A DNA stretch of 64,000 nucleotides from Trypanosoma brucei (lineage: Eukaryota), in the NCBI GenBank assembly GCA_000002445.1, contig CM000208.1, forward strand, positions 576,001-640,000, in the 5' to 3' direction. The position numbers were made by a program, and so were the translations under genes. Below are positions 32,536-42,391 of the stretch, one piece after another. Position 1 is the first letter of the stretch; every line of letters starts with the position of its first letter. Below the pieces are notes generated by a model. That model worked only from the letters and a program-made list of their open reading frames with translations. It was not told the DNA's origin and did not search any database.

Positions 32536-35286
32536 ATGACTACAGAGGTCAGTAATGACGGTATGGACATAGTGAACCACATGGATATCAAAGTTCATGG
32601 TATCCAGAATGTACCACCCAGTTGGTGGTCGGATGGTAAACACCCGACATACCCGGAGCATCCGTTCCGATATGAAGTGAGCTTCACTATTGATGGAAAT
32701 CAAACTTTCACCCTCGCTAACGGGCGGTTGCTGCAGTACCTCCCACAATACCGAGATTACATCGAAAATGCCGCATTGCCTCCACTGTCTTCAACGGCAA
32801 AGGACGTGCTGCGGCAAATGCATGAGGTTCCGGAGGCACCCACTAAAGGTAAGTCAATTTCCACGACGAAAACAACCGGGAACTCACAGGCAGTGGAGGA
32901 TGATGCGCAACCGGAGGCGCGGATTATTTGGATTACGCCACCAACCTCTGAGCGTGCGCCCACACCAAGTGAGGAACTGTTGGGAAAGCGACGGAAGAAA
33001 ACTGCGGGGAATAGTGTGGGAGAGGACTTAACCCCAGTTGCCGTCCCCGAAGACGACGACACACCACCTTGTATGATTCGTATGCCACTAGATGAGCGTC
33101 ATATCATGGCGTTAGAGGGCATGATGTTGTCAGGGAGGCCGCTAGAATTGAAATTTACCCGTGTACTAAGACCTGGGTTGCCAACTGAGTGGGAAGATAA
33201 ACAAGAATGGTATTTCCGTGCTATCATACCTGTCGATTTGGCACCGCTTTCCGATCCTGGATCACGTGAATTGTCGGCAGATATTCAACTCCAACCCGTA
33301 AAGGCAGCCGTTCGCACGGAGGAGGTTAAAAAAACGTCCAAACGGTCAAAGAATATGGCGCAGGGACTTCGCCACGAAGAAATCGACACAGAAGGGGAAC
33401 ACCCGTACGTAACCTGCAAAACATCTGCAGTTGTTTCAATAGAACTTGAGAAAACGCTTGTACAGTTGCCAAAAGATCGTATCCGTCCCGCTGTGCTCCC
33501 GACCAACCTTATTCCAAAGCGTCCGCCACCAAGGAAGGAATTCCGAGACAGCACACGGCAGTTCTCAGATATGGTAGCTTCCATTGCAGAGAGAATGATG
33601 CACGACTGCGCTGCACTTCAGGATGCAGACAGCGAGCGCAAAGAGGAGGAAATTTTGGAAGTATTTGAGAACTCTGGGAGACTTGAGTCGTATAAGGAGC
33701 AGCTACTTCCCCTAGTGGTGAACGTAGTTCGCGAAAAATTCCTCTCTGACAAGGACGCATCACCCGATGTAATTAGTCGACTTACAAATGAGTTATACGT
33801 CCACCTTCTCAACAGCATACACTGCACACTACACAACATGGTGGAGGGAATGAGCACCCCAGAACAGGAAAATGCCAATCGGGTTGCCACAGCGAAACCG
33901 TCGACCGCATCGCCACAGGGACCTGATGATGGCATTGACTACGTGTGGTTAGAGCGGGCTGAAGAGGCGGAAACAATACGGGACTACGCACGCGCAACAC
34001 GCTGCCACCAGGCACGCATCGCCAGCTGTGCCTGCGCGGAAAGCTTTCCGGACGTGTGGTATGATGCGGCATCTTACTTTGTGCGGATTGGGGAAACAAC
34101 GCGGGCAGAGCAGTGTTTTCGAGAAGCCATTTCTCATGATCCGACGCATGCGCCCTCGCTTATGGCATATGGTGCTCTCCTTCTTACTTTTGACCGCTTT
34201 GATGAGGCAACCGTGTATTTGCAAGCTGCGGTGGATGCAAAGCCGAGCAGTCTTTCATGGGGACTTATCTCCCTCCTTTGTGATATGCATGTTTTGAATC
34301 TAGAACGGGGGCCCCGGTATGAGTCACAGCGGGCTCACTGGGAACATGAAGGGACTATTGCTATGAGGGAAGCATTAAGTTTCAGCACCGATGTGGATCA
34401 CACCTCTGTCAGCAAAGAGGTTGCAGATTACTTACTGAAGCTTCAGCACCCTGGCCTCGCTAATATTTCTCTAACCAGATGCTCTCGTGGTGGACATACG
34501 GAGGTCCTATACGCACGTTTGTTTGCATTGGGCGAGCAGTATAATGAGGCGTTGGAAACACTGAAAAATGGGGAAGGGTTAGAACCATACATCGAGGAGG
34601 TTACCATACTTCGTGGTGACTGCTACGCGGCGCTCGGCCGAAGTGACGAAGCAATCAGGGAATACAAGAGCGTATTGTGCGCTAAGGACAAGGAGCCGCG
34701 GCGCCGCTTTGGCCCGAGTTATATTCATCTTGGGAATCTGTTGATTACCGCAGGGTGTTACAATGATGCGTTGGGTGCTTTTACCATTGGAATTCAGGCA
34801 TGGCCATGCAGTCTCACTTGGTTGGGTGCCGGCATTGCGTACTACCGATTGAATAAAATAGATGCGGCTGAGGAATGCTTGAGTGAATCAAACACCCTAA
34901 ACAACACCAACCCGCGGACATGGGCGTACCTCTCACTTGTGTGTCTTCGAAAGGAACGTGTGGAACTCAAAACTGTGTTACGACAGGCCATTATGCAAGG
35001 ACTCGCCGACCCCGGGTTATTAACCGAACTTGGCCGCGATCTTGTCCGTGCGTGTATGGGAGAACTCGGTGAAAGTTGTCTGCGGAAGGCACTCGCTGTT
35101 GAGCGGGAGTGCGGTCGGGAGGACAGCGCAGTTTGCTGCACGGCCATGTATTATTTAGCGGGTGCAGTAGAGGGTAATAACGCGGAGGAGGCATGGATGT
35201 TATACACGGCTGTGGCGAACAAAACTATGGATGAGGTGCTGCGGGCAAAAGCGGAGGAGCAACTTGCCGCCCTTGGAAAGTCGTGA
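32536..35286 (+). CDS. Large TPR-repeat protein (hypothetical)
   Basis: The track ORF starts at 32113, but its first 141 codons translate a pyrimidine-rich leader. The first ATG after the poly-Y tract and AG is 32536 (MTTEVSNDG...). The C-terminal third has TPR-like repeats (GDCYAALGRSDEAIREYKSVL; IAYYRLNKIDAAEECL). Confidence 0.6.
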   Translation: MTTEVSNDGMDIVNHMDIKVHGIQNVPPSWWSDGKHPTYPEHPFRYEVSFTIDGNQTFTLANGRLLQYLPQYRDYIENAALPPLSSTAKDVLRQMHEVPEAPTKGKSISTTKTTGNSQAVEDDAQPEARIIWITPPTSERAPTPSEELLGKRRKKTAGNSVGEDLTPVAVPEDDDTPPCMIRMPLDERHIMALEGMMLSGRPLELKFTRVLRPGLPTEWEDKQEWYFRAIIPVDLAPLSDPGSRELSADIQLQPVKAAVRTEEVKKTSKRSKNMAQGLRHEEIDTEGEHPYVTCKTSAVVSIELEKTLVQLPKDRIRPAVLPTNLIPKRPPPRKEFRDSTRQFSDMVASIAERMMHDCAALQDADSERKEEEILEVFENSGRLESYKEQLLPLVVNVVREKFLSDKDASPDVISRLTNELYVHLLNSIHCTLHNMVEGMSTPEQENANRVATAKPSTASPQGPDDGIDYVWLERAEEAETIRDYARATRCHQARIASCACAESFPDVWYDAASYFVRIGETTRAEQCFREAISHDPTHAPSLMAYGALLLTFDRFDEATVYLQAAVDAKPSSLSWGLISLLCDMHVLNLERGPRYESQRAHWEHEGTIAMREALSFSTDVDHTSVSKEVADYLLKLQHPGLANISLTRCSRGGHTEVLYARLFALGEQYNEALETLKNGEGLEPYIEEVTILRGDCYAALGRSDEAIREYKSVLCAKDKEPRRRFGPSYIHLGNLLITAGCYNDALGAFTIGIQAWPCSLTWLGAGIAYYRLNKIDAAEECLSESNTLNNTNPRTWAYLSLVCLRKERVELKTVLRQAIMQGLADPGLLTELGRDLVRACMGELGESCLRKALAVERECGREDSAVCCTAMYYLAGAVEGNNAEEAWMLYTAVANKTMDEVLRAKAEEQLAALGKS

Positions 35287-36699
35287 GGGGTTAAGAAGTG
35301 CTGTTGCGCTCTGCTCAATTACATTTTCTCATATGAGCGGTATTAGTTAATAATCAAACTCACACTGTCCATCGGGTTACCAGCGCGACCCCAGGGGGTT
35401 TCCCCCTCTCTTCAGTTCGCACTTCTCTCTCAAAGTATATTTCCCTTTACTGAATTAGCGCATGTAAAGAAGAAGAAAAAAAGGTTGGAAAAACAAAAAA
35501 AAAGAAAAAAAAGAAAAGAAAAAAAAACAGTCGGAAAAGGGAGAGAGAATGTGTGTGCATGCATGAGTTATAGAGCAGAGAAGATGGGTGGTGATGTCTT
35601 TGTTATGTGCAGTAATATGGCAGGGTCAATTTGATGTTGAATGAGGCATGACTACCTGAGGTTAACTCGAAAGGGCGCGTTTCTCGCGGTCATATGTTTA
35701 TTTCATTTGCCCTGTCCCGGCACTTGTGTGGATAAAATGTGATTGCCTCATATTAGTATACATCCTCCTACCTTATGTCCAAAAAATAAAACTGCTGTCT
35801 CCTGCAAAAATAATAATAATTATTATTATTACGCACCTATTTTTTTTTCTCTCCTCGCTTGTCTTTTGTTATTGTTTTTTTTTTTAAAGACGTATTCAAG
35901 TCCCAACATGAAAAAATTCCCCAATAGACACAAATGCTTTGTGTGCAATTCATTTGAACCATGAATGCGTGCACTTGTACACAAAACGTTAACTCCATAA
36001 TGTTAAAAAGAAAGGGCGAGTATGGGAGGGAGGAAGGCAAGAGGAGGAGAAAAGTATAAATGTGGAAACACATCGCGAAACTTTTTTTTTTCCTTTTTGT
36101 CTTCCTCCTGTACTGCAACGTTCCGTCGACGCAAAAAGTATTGCAAAAGATGTCAGTTTTTATTCTCTTGTGGTTTTACCGCTTCTATTTGTGTACCGAT
36201 GCGCCTTTAGGTTTGCTGTCAAACCGTCTATAATAATAATTATTATTATTCTCATCGTTTAAACGTTATCAATATGATTTATTGATTTACGGTTTCTAAA
36301 GGGCATGCGGGCTTTTGAAAACAGCGGTGTGCCGCTCCTGTTTTTGTCCCCCAAAACCCAATGAATTATTTCCATGCATTTACCATCGTTTAATTATGGG
36401 GTGCACATCCACGCTGTAGAAATTGGTGGTATATCATTCATACAATTTAGTTTATGTTCTTATTTAAATGACTATCCTGTGTGTGTGTGTGTGTGACGAT
36501 AATAATAAAAATGATGTTGTTGTTGTGGCTGCTTTTGCATATCTACTTTCTTATTTTATATTATATTATAATTATTATCATTATTGATTTCTTCAACCCC
36601 CACTTCTTGTACTTCATGGAATATATAGACCCCCGGCAACTGCATAGCAGTGCCTTTAAATATATAAAGAAATAAAAGAGGGACGGAACCATATTACCA

Positions 36700-36757
36700 A
36701 TATATATATATATCCACATCCACATATATACATAAAACATATATATATATATATATC
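36700..36757. repeat. (TA)n microsatellite, interrupted
   Basis: TATATATATATATCCACATCCACATATATACATAAAACATATATATATATATATAT is read directly from the window. Confidence 0.8.
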
Positions 36758-36826
36758 TGTTTCTTTCATAGTGTTAAGTGCAACTGCGGCGAGAAGACGA
36801 AAAAGCGTAGGGTTGAAGGAAGGGGA

Positions 36827-37966
36827 ATGACTGATGTCTCGCTTCGACCCTTAACAACTCATAAATCGCATCGTCACTCGCACAATACGGGAGTGCTGGA
36901 GTGTCAAACTATTTTGCAAGGGAGATTCAGATTGAATGGTCTGCTGGGAAAAGGAGGATTTGGAGAGGTATACGCCGGTGTGACGGTTTCCACGGGTGAA
37001 GAAGTGGCAGTGAAGATTGCACCAAATAGAAAACGTCATGTTTTGGCTCATGAAGCGGATGTCATGCGTTCCATACAAAGTGCTGTTGGTAATGCAGATC
37101 CGCCAGGTATACCCACACTGAAATTCTTTGGTCATGATGGTGATAACACTATTCTCGTCATGAGTGTTCACGGGCCGTCATTGGAGAAGCTCCGCTCTGA
37201 GATGGGAAGGCTTTCCCTCAAAACAGTAGTTATGCTTGGTATGGAAATGATTGACAGAATACAGTTCTTTCACTCCACTGGATTTATACACCGCGATATT
37301 AAACCAGGAAACTTCCTCATGGGCGTTGGAAAGCACGCGCATGAAGTGTATTTGATTGATTTTGGTCTCAGTACCCGTCACAGTCATTCCGGTGCTTGGC
37401 ATCGTGGAAGACCGACTGCAAGCAAGTTTGTTGGCACATCATGGTTTGCATCCCTTCGCACTCATCAGGGTTACGCACAGAGCCGCCGAGATGATTTGGA
37501 GCAGTTGGTTTATTCACTAATTTATCTCCACCGCGGAAAATTGCCTTGGACGGAGTTACGGCACACTGACCGAACTGAAAGGACACGGGCTATTGCAGCG
37601 GCGAAAGAAAATCTCTCTACCGCACAAATATGTGTGTGTTGCCCCCCTCAGTTTGAAGTGCTTCTCACATATGTACAGAAGCTTAAGTTTGATGAAATAC
37701 CGCGATATGAAATGTGTAGGAATATCATTTGGTCTATTCTCCATCCATCATCTGCAGGTCCGAAACCGAGTTTAACGTATGAATGGCTCACACCAGAGCG
37801 GGAATGCGAGACACCAAAGTGCGTGTTTCCGGCTCTGAGGGGATCAGAAACGAAACATGGAACTAAAAACGATGAAGTGGCAAGAAACGATAGTGAAGCA
37901 AAGAAAAGTTTGAGGAGACGAATGCCCACAGCGAGTTCTACATCTCATACCGCCGGAAAGGGATGA
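36827..37966 (+). CDS. Casein kinase 1-family Ser/Thr protein kinase
   Basis: LLGKGGFGEVY..VAVKI (Gly-loop and VAIK lysine). HSTGFIHRDIKPGNFLMG (catalytic loop, CK1-type). LIDFGLS (DFG). SIN-like motif region after the kinase domain. Confidence 0.85.
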   Translation: MTDVSLRPLTTHKSHRHSHNTGVLECQTILQGRFRLNGLLGKGGFGEVYAGVTVSTGEEVAVKIAPNRKRHVLAHEADVMRSIQSAVGNADPPGIPTLKFFGHDGDNTILVMSVHGPSLEKLRSEMGRLSLKTVVMLGMEMIDRIQFFHSTGFIHRDIKPGNFLMGVGKHAHEVYLIDFGLSTRHSHSGAWHRGRPTASKFVGTSWFASLRTHQGYAQSRRDDLEQLVYSLIYLHRGKLPWTELRHTDRTERTRAIAAAKENLSTAQICVCCPPQFEVLLTYVQKLKFDEIPRYEMCRNIIWSILHPSSAGPKPSLTYEWLTPERECETPKCVFPALRGSETKHGTKNDEVARNDSEAKKSLRRRMPTASSTSHTAGKG

Positions 37967-40549
37967 TGTTGGCTAATCATAATCATCATAATAATAATGA
38001 TGAGGAAGTATTGGGGCGCCACAAGTATTTTTTTTCCCCCCTTCTTTTTCCCCTTTCCCCTTTCCCCTTTCTTTCTTCTTCTTATTCGTCTTCTTCTTCT
38101 TGTAAAATGCGGCATGTAAGGGCAACCTCTCCACCACACATAGGCTGGAAGTTGTGTGAGACCGTGCGGCCTCCTTTTCCACCGTCTGTCTTTTGTTGCT
38201 TCTGTTTTGTTTTTTTTTGATGATGATGATGATGGTGTTGTTGTTGTTGTTGCCTCTCTTTCTTTTTTTTTTCTTCCCCTCCTCTTACCGCCTTTCCAAC
38301 ACTCATTTCACTTTCAATTTTTTTTTTCCTGTCTCTCCCTCTGTTTCTTTTCCCCACGAACGACAATTTTTTATTACCTGTTTTGTTAATCAGTTTGTGT
38401 AATGTGTGTACTCGTGTGATGGGGAAAGATGTGGTGATGCAAGACACGCAATGTATGCTACGGTTCTTTTTTTTTTATTATTTTCCAGATCATTGTTCTC
38501 AAACAACCAAATAAAAACAATTATATATATGTATAATATATATATAAAGAAAAAAAGAAAGTAAATAAGTTACACGGAGAAAGAAAAAAAAAGGAGGAAG
38601 GGAGGAGTACTCAGTTTACTTCCCGATTTTGCTCTCGAGTTTTATTTCCTTGTCTTTGCATTTTGTATACTTTTTTTTTACTTACTGTTGACACTCCCTT
38701 GTGGAGTGTTGATTTGTAAGGGAAAAAGACAAGGGGAGGAGGAGAAGAGGGAAAAATTAATTTTTTTTAAAAAAAAGAAAAAAAAAGCACCCTCATGTGT
38801 GTTGTCCTTTTTTTTTCTTTAATTCCCATGCTACTATTCCATACCCTCGTTATTATTATTATTATTATTAACAAAAGCGTAAAAGGTACCCAAGCGTAAG
38901 CGCAGTGCAACCATTTCTTTTTTTTCTTTTTTGTTCTAAATGTTTATGTCTCGCTCAACCACCCCATGTCCAGTGCACCTCATGAAGGAAGGGGTATTTA
39001 ATGAAAGAGAAAAAAAAAAAGTAAAGTGAAAAAAAAAGGAGAAAAGATAAAAAAAAAAAAAAAGGGAGGGAGGGAGAAAACAGGGCAAGAGAGAAAATGT
39101 GGAGTAGTTTTGTTTTTTTTTTTAAAAAAAAACAAGGAACGAAGAAGTGAAGGGGAAAAAGGAGAGAGAGAGAAATGTGAATATTTATGCTCCCGGTCTC
39201 TCTTTTCTTTTTTTTCTTTTTTTTTCTCCCGTCCTTTTTCCCTCCCTCCCTTTCTTGCCGCTTGTGGGGATTTTATGAGTTTATTTTGATTATTTTCTCC
39301 ATCCGCGTTTTCCTCATATGTTCTTAGGTGCTATGGGTTCTGATGTCATTCCTTCTTATTTTCCATACCACTTTCTCTTCTTATCATGTTGTTAATCTCA
39401 TGAGATATTTATATATTTATATATTTATGCCGATGAAGAACCGTTCGCCTTTTGTTGTTGTTGTTGTCGTTGGTGTCGTTTCAGATGTAACACCCTTCCC
39501 TATTGTCTTGCTTCCTCCGCTGTGAGGTCGCGTTTTTGTACACTTGTGGTTGTCTGTTTGTTTTTTGTTTTTTCTTTTTGTCGTTGTTGGGATTTTTTTT
39601 TTCTGTTACCACGGTTCCCATTAAAAAAATAAATATATATATATACTATACGATGTTACCACTTCGCTGATAATTTCTTCATATTCATTCGCGCATGTGG
39701 AAATCATATGGGTTATGTGTGAAGATCGGAACGACTTTTGTAACCGGTCCCTGCGTCTTATCTCAATTGTCTACTCTTGTCCCCTTTTTTAAAAATAAAC
39801 CTTCCAACCTCTACTTTCTGTATCACTGTTATAATTCTTGAATAAGCAAAGAAAATACAAACGACAAGCGAATGCGCAGTGAAATAGTTTTTCTTTTTAA
39901 ATCAAATAGAAAAGCAAGGGACTAAACTGTGTGGACCCGGCTGAGCACTGCGTAGGTGATTCTCTTTTATCGTACAACACAGGAGCAACCTTTTAAGAAG
40001 AAAGGACCGCCAGGTGCAGTTTGTAGAACTTCCATTCGCACAGGAGGGGAAAAAAGGAAGTGGATTATATTAGACTAAACCACGCGGGTCCCCCAGACAA
40101 AAGGGGAAAAGTAAGCCAAAATTCATCCGCTCGATATTTGAACGTCCCCCCCCCCCCAAATGATGGTGAACTTCCATCGATTTATGGTTGAAAAAGATAT
40201 TGCGTGAAGCAACACATCCCTCCACCACCAACACACAACTCCAGTAGGGAACGTTTGGTTGGATTGTGTAGGCATAAACGGCCTTTTGCCCGTACCGCCT
40301 TGAATTTTGTAATGCGGGTGTGCCTATGCTGAAGTGTTGTGCGGACCCATCTAAAAGGATGGCTGTCAAAAGAGTTGGATCCCCATCCATTTTCCATCGT
40401 TCGCACCCAGAGGCCAGTTGCACTATTTCCAATATGTGACAAAGGCGGTCTCTTCCCTATTTTTCCTGTTTCCTCTCCCCTTCTTCATTATTTGGTATTG
40501 ATGACGAGCGTGCCGTCGGTCCCACTCAAGACTGTAACCGTAAAAAACG

Positions 40550-40621
40550 AAATCAGTGTTAGTTCAAACCATACTTTCAGGTGAAATGGGTTTCTCCGCA
40601 TCTCCGTTTCATTGGATGGTG
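40550..40621. repeat. Left copy of a ~72-bp inverted repeat (partner at 42320..42391), immediately 5' of the retroposon signature
   Basis: AAATCAGTGTTAGTTCAAACCATACTTTCAGGTGAAATGGGTTTCTCCGCATCTCCGTTTCATTGGATGGTG matches the reverse complement of 42320-42391 with ~4 mismatches. Confidence 0.7.
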
Positions 40622-40632
40622 ACTAGTCTACA

Positions 40633-40710
40633 CCCTGGCGATGCCGGCCACCTCAACGTGGTGCCCAGGGTCCAGTGCCCCGTATCATCGGGGGAAGCCA
40701 AGAGCCAGCA
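40633..40710 (+). promoter_or_regulatory. Pr77-type retroposon 5' signature (internal promoter, reported HDV-like self-cleaving ribozyme)
   Basis: 77-79-nt block starting CCCTGGCG and ending AAGAGCCAGCA. From memory it matches the conserved first ~77 nt shared by ingi, RIME, L1Tc, NARTc, DIRE and SIDER. Confidence 0.65.
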
Positions 40711-40828
40711 GAGTTCCTTTCATGGGGAACACTTCTGTGCTCCGGCTACGGCATCATACAGCACAGGGATCAACAGCGTCTTGCTGGGACACCGTTTTTC
40801 ATTTGTCGGTCCTTGGGCACGTGCCAGC

Positions 40829-40897
40829 GTTGCCATCAGCAGTATCATCCGCACTAAGATGCTGCTGTCCGGTGATGTGGAAGAGAATCCCGGCCCG
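40829..40897 (+). other. Virus-like 2A ribosome-skipping peptide (..IIRTKMLLSGDVEENPGP) in frame with the retroposon ORF1
   Basis: The codons GAT GTG GAA GAG AAT CCC GGC CCG at 40874-40897 encode the canonical D(V/I)ExNPGP 2A motif. It lies 12 codons upstream of the ORF1 'MQW' position, the same arrangement described for L1Tc and ingi. Confidence 0.75.
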
Positions 40898-40909
40898 TCG
40901 TTGCGCCGG

Positions 40910-41080
40910 ATGCAGTGAAACTGCGCCGGGCTATCTCAAGGAAAGAGATTAGCACTCCACAAAACCCTTGTTGATAAGCGGATCGCCTTTTGTCTGTTGA
41001 GCGAGACAAGGATGACGCCTGGAGAGGCGGCTTGCTTTAGCGTTGCTGGTTACCTGGCTAGTCTACACTTTGCGTCCAAA
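40910..41080 (+). pseudogene. Retroposon ORF1 (APE-endonuclease N-terminus) pseudogene with a TGA stop at the third codon
   Basis: ATG CAG TGA AAC TGC GCC GGG CTA translates to M Q stop N C A G L. The intact ingi ORF reads MQWNCAGL. Translation stays ingi-like for ~55 codons and then breaks down. Confidence 0.6.
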
Positions 41081-41999
41081 TGGGTAGCGAGGAGAAACGA
41101 ATAATACGGCGACGAAGCGAGGCCCAGGGAAGGACCACTTCAATGCGGAAACGGATTCGGGAATCCCCTCGGACCAAATGGTTTTGCGGTGGGGAGGCGC
41201 CCCGCGGAATTCCCAGACATCGGGGGGAGTGCGTTATGGTATTCTGTTTTCCTCTCCTTTAGGTCCGCGTCCCGACGGCGAGTCATAATACAGAGGTGTC
41301 CAAGCGTGTTTTTTTTTCCTTTTAAGGAACCACTTGGGGACCGAAAATGGAGGTCGGTGGGGGCAAGAAACAAAGAAGTTGGGGGAGCGAATGGAAATTG
41401 CCATGAAGAAAGGAGAGGTGGAGGCGGTTGCCCACCAGACTCCTTCCGCTACCGCTTGGGTGCAAAACACAAAGTGTTCCTCGCATGCCGAAACACCGCG
41501 GCCTCGGGAGCGCGGAGTCGACGTCGCGTAAGGAATTTGAGAAAACGCTCCGGAAAGTTCAGGCGAAGGGAAGCCGTTGCGCCTCTGGTTGCCCAAACGC
41601 TTCGGTTTCAGAGCTGGCCACGGGGCCCGGTTTGGGCTCTTCAACGAACAAATTGTGAATCCGCCGCTCTAACGAGTGGAATCTGACCGCGGGTGGAATG
41701 ATGGAAAAGGGCACCGAGGCTTATATTTGCAGAATCCGGTGGCTTTTTAGCCCAAAACACACCTCAGGACGATGGGCAGGGTAATCGCTTGACGCCCCAG
41801 CTGGATGACGGTGGATTCGCCACCACTGCAACGATGGGAAGCGGGAACAAGGATGGGAAAGGTGTCAAGTAAATAAGGGATGAAAAAGCAAGCACAAACC
41901 TCCCATCGTGTAGGCGGCGTTCACGCGATGGGTGTGGAGACCTCGAGGAGATTTACAAACAGAGGCAACCACGGAACTGAACCAACTGAATGAAGCCAT

Positions 42000-42036
42000 C
42001 CCCCCCCCCATTGTGTGTGTGTGTGGGGGGGGGGGG
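42000..42036. repeat. C10-ATT-(GT)7-G12 palindromic homopolymer/dinucleotide tract (potential hairpin or slippage-prone site)
   Basis: The sequence CCCCCCCCCCATTGTGTGTGTGTGTGGGGGGGGGGGG is read directly from the window. Confidence 0.8.
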
Positions 42037-42319
42037 AAGGATGCAGAAAATAACGCGCGTGAAACAACCTTGCGGTGACGGAGAGTGCGCTAACATAAAA
42101 AAGAGGGGAAGGTGGTCTCAACAAGTTAAAAATAATGTAGGGAATACTGAGGCCATGTGCCTGTTTGTGGCACGCTGAAGGTGGCGAGGGAAATACATGG
42201 ACAGGTAAATTGGAGAGGGCAAATGCGGAAAAGTGAAGTGAGATGAAGTGAAGCCTCCGCCAGCATTCTTCGGTATGGCAGATACCAACAAATCAGCGGC
42301 TGCATTGGACGGGAAATGC

Positions 42320-42391
42320 CACCATCCAATGAAACGGAGATGCGGGGAAACCCATTTCCCCTAAAAGTATGGTTTGAACTAACAGTGATTT
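42320..42391. repeat. Right copy of the ~72-bp inverted repeat
   Basis: The reverse complement of CACCATCCAATGAAACGGAGATGCGGGGAAACCCATTTCCCCTAAAAGTATGGTTTGAACTAACAGTGATTT aligns to 40550-40621. Confidence 0.7.

Larger units (their letters stand above)
40633..41080 (+). mobile_element. Degenerate ingi/RIME/L1Tc-family (ingi clade, APE-type) non-LTR retroposon 5' fragment
   Basis: The 5' end CCCTGGCGATGCCGGCCACCTCAACGTGGTGCCCAGGGTCCAGTGCCCCGTATCATCGGGGGAAGCCAAGAGCCAGCA is the conserved 5' signature of ingi/RIME/L1Tc/DIRE/SIDER. Downstream there is an in-frame 2A peptide and then ...SLRRMQ-stop-NCAGLSQGKRLALHKTLVDKRIAFCLLSETRMTPGEAACF, which matches the start of the ingi ORF1 (APE endonuclease) with Trp replaced by a stop. 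No RT-like ORF follows, so the copy is truncated or degenerate. The 3' boundary is uncertain. Confidence 0.75.

Noticed and set aside
38082-38447. 121-aa minus-strand ORF and neighbouring ORFs in the 38.0-38.4 kb low-complexity tract
   Set aside because: They are homopolymeric translations (QQQQQHHHHHH, KKKK) of a (GA)/(CT)-rich spacer.
41189-41686. 165-aa plus-strand and 136-aa minus-strand ORFs inside the retroposon-associated block
   Set aside because: I could not recognise any reverse-transcriptase, RNase H or endonuclease motifs. They are probably chance ORFs in GC-rich sequence.
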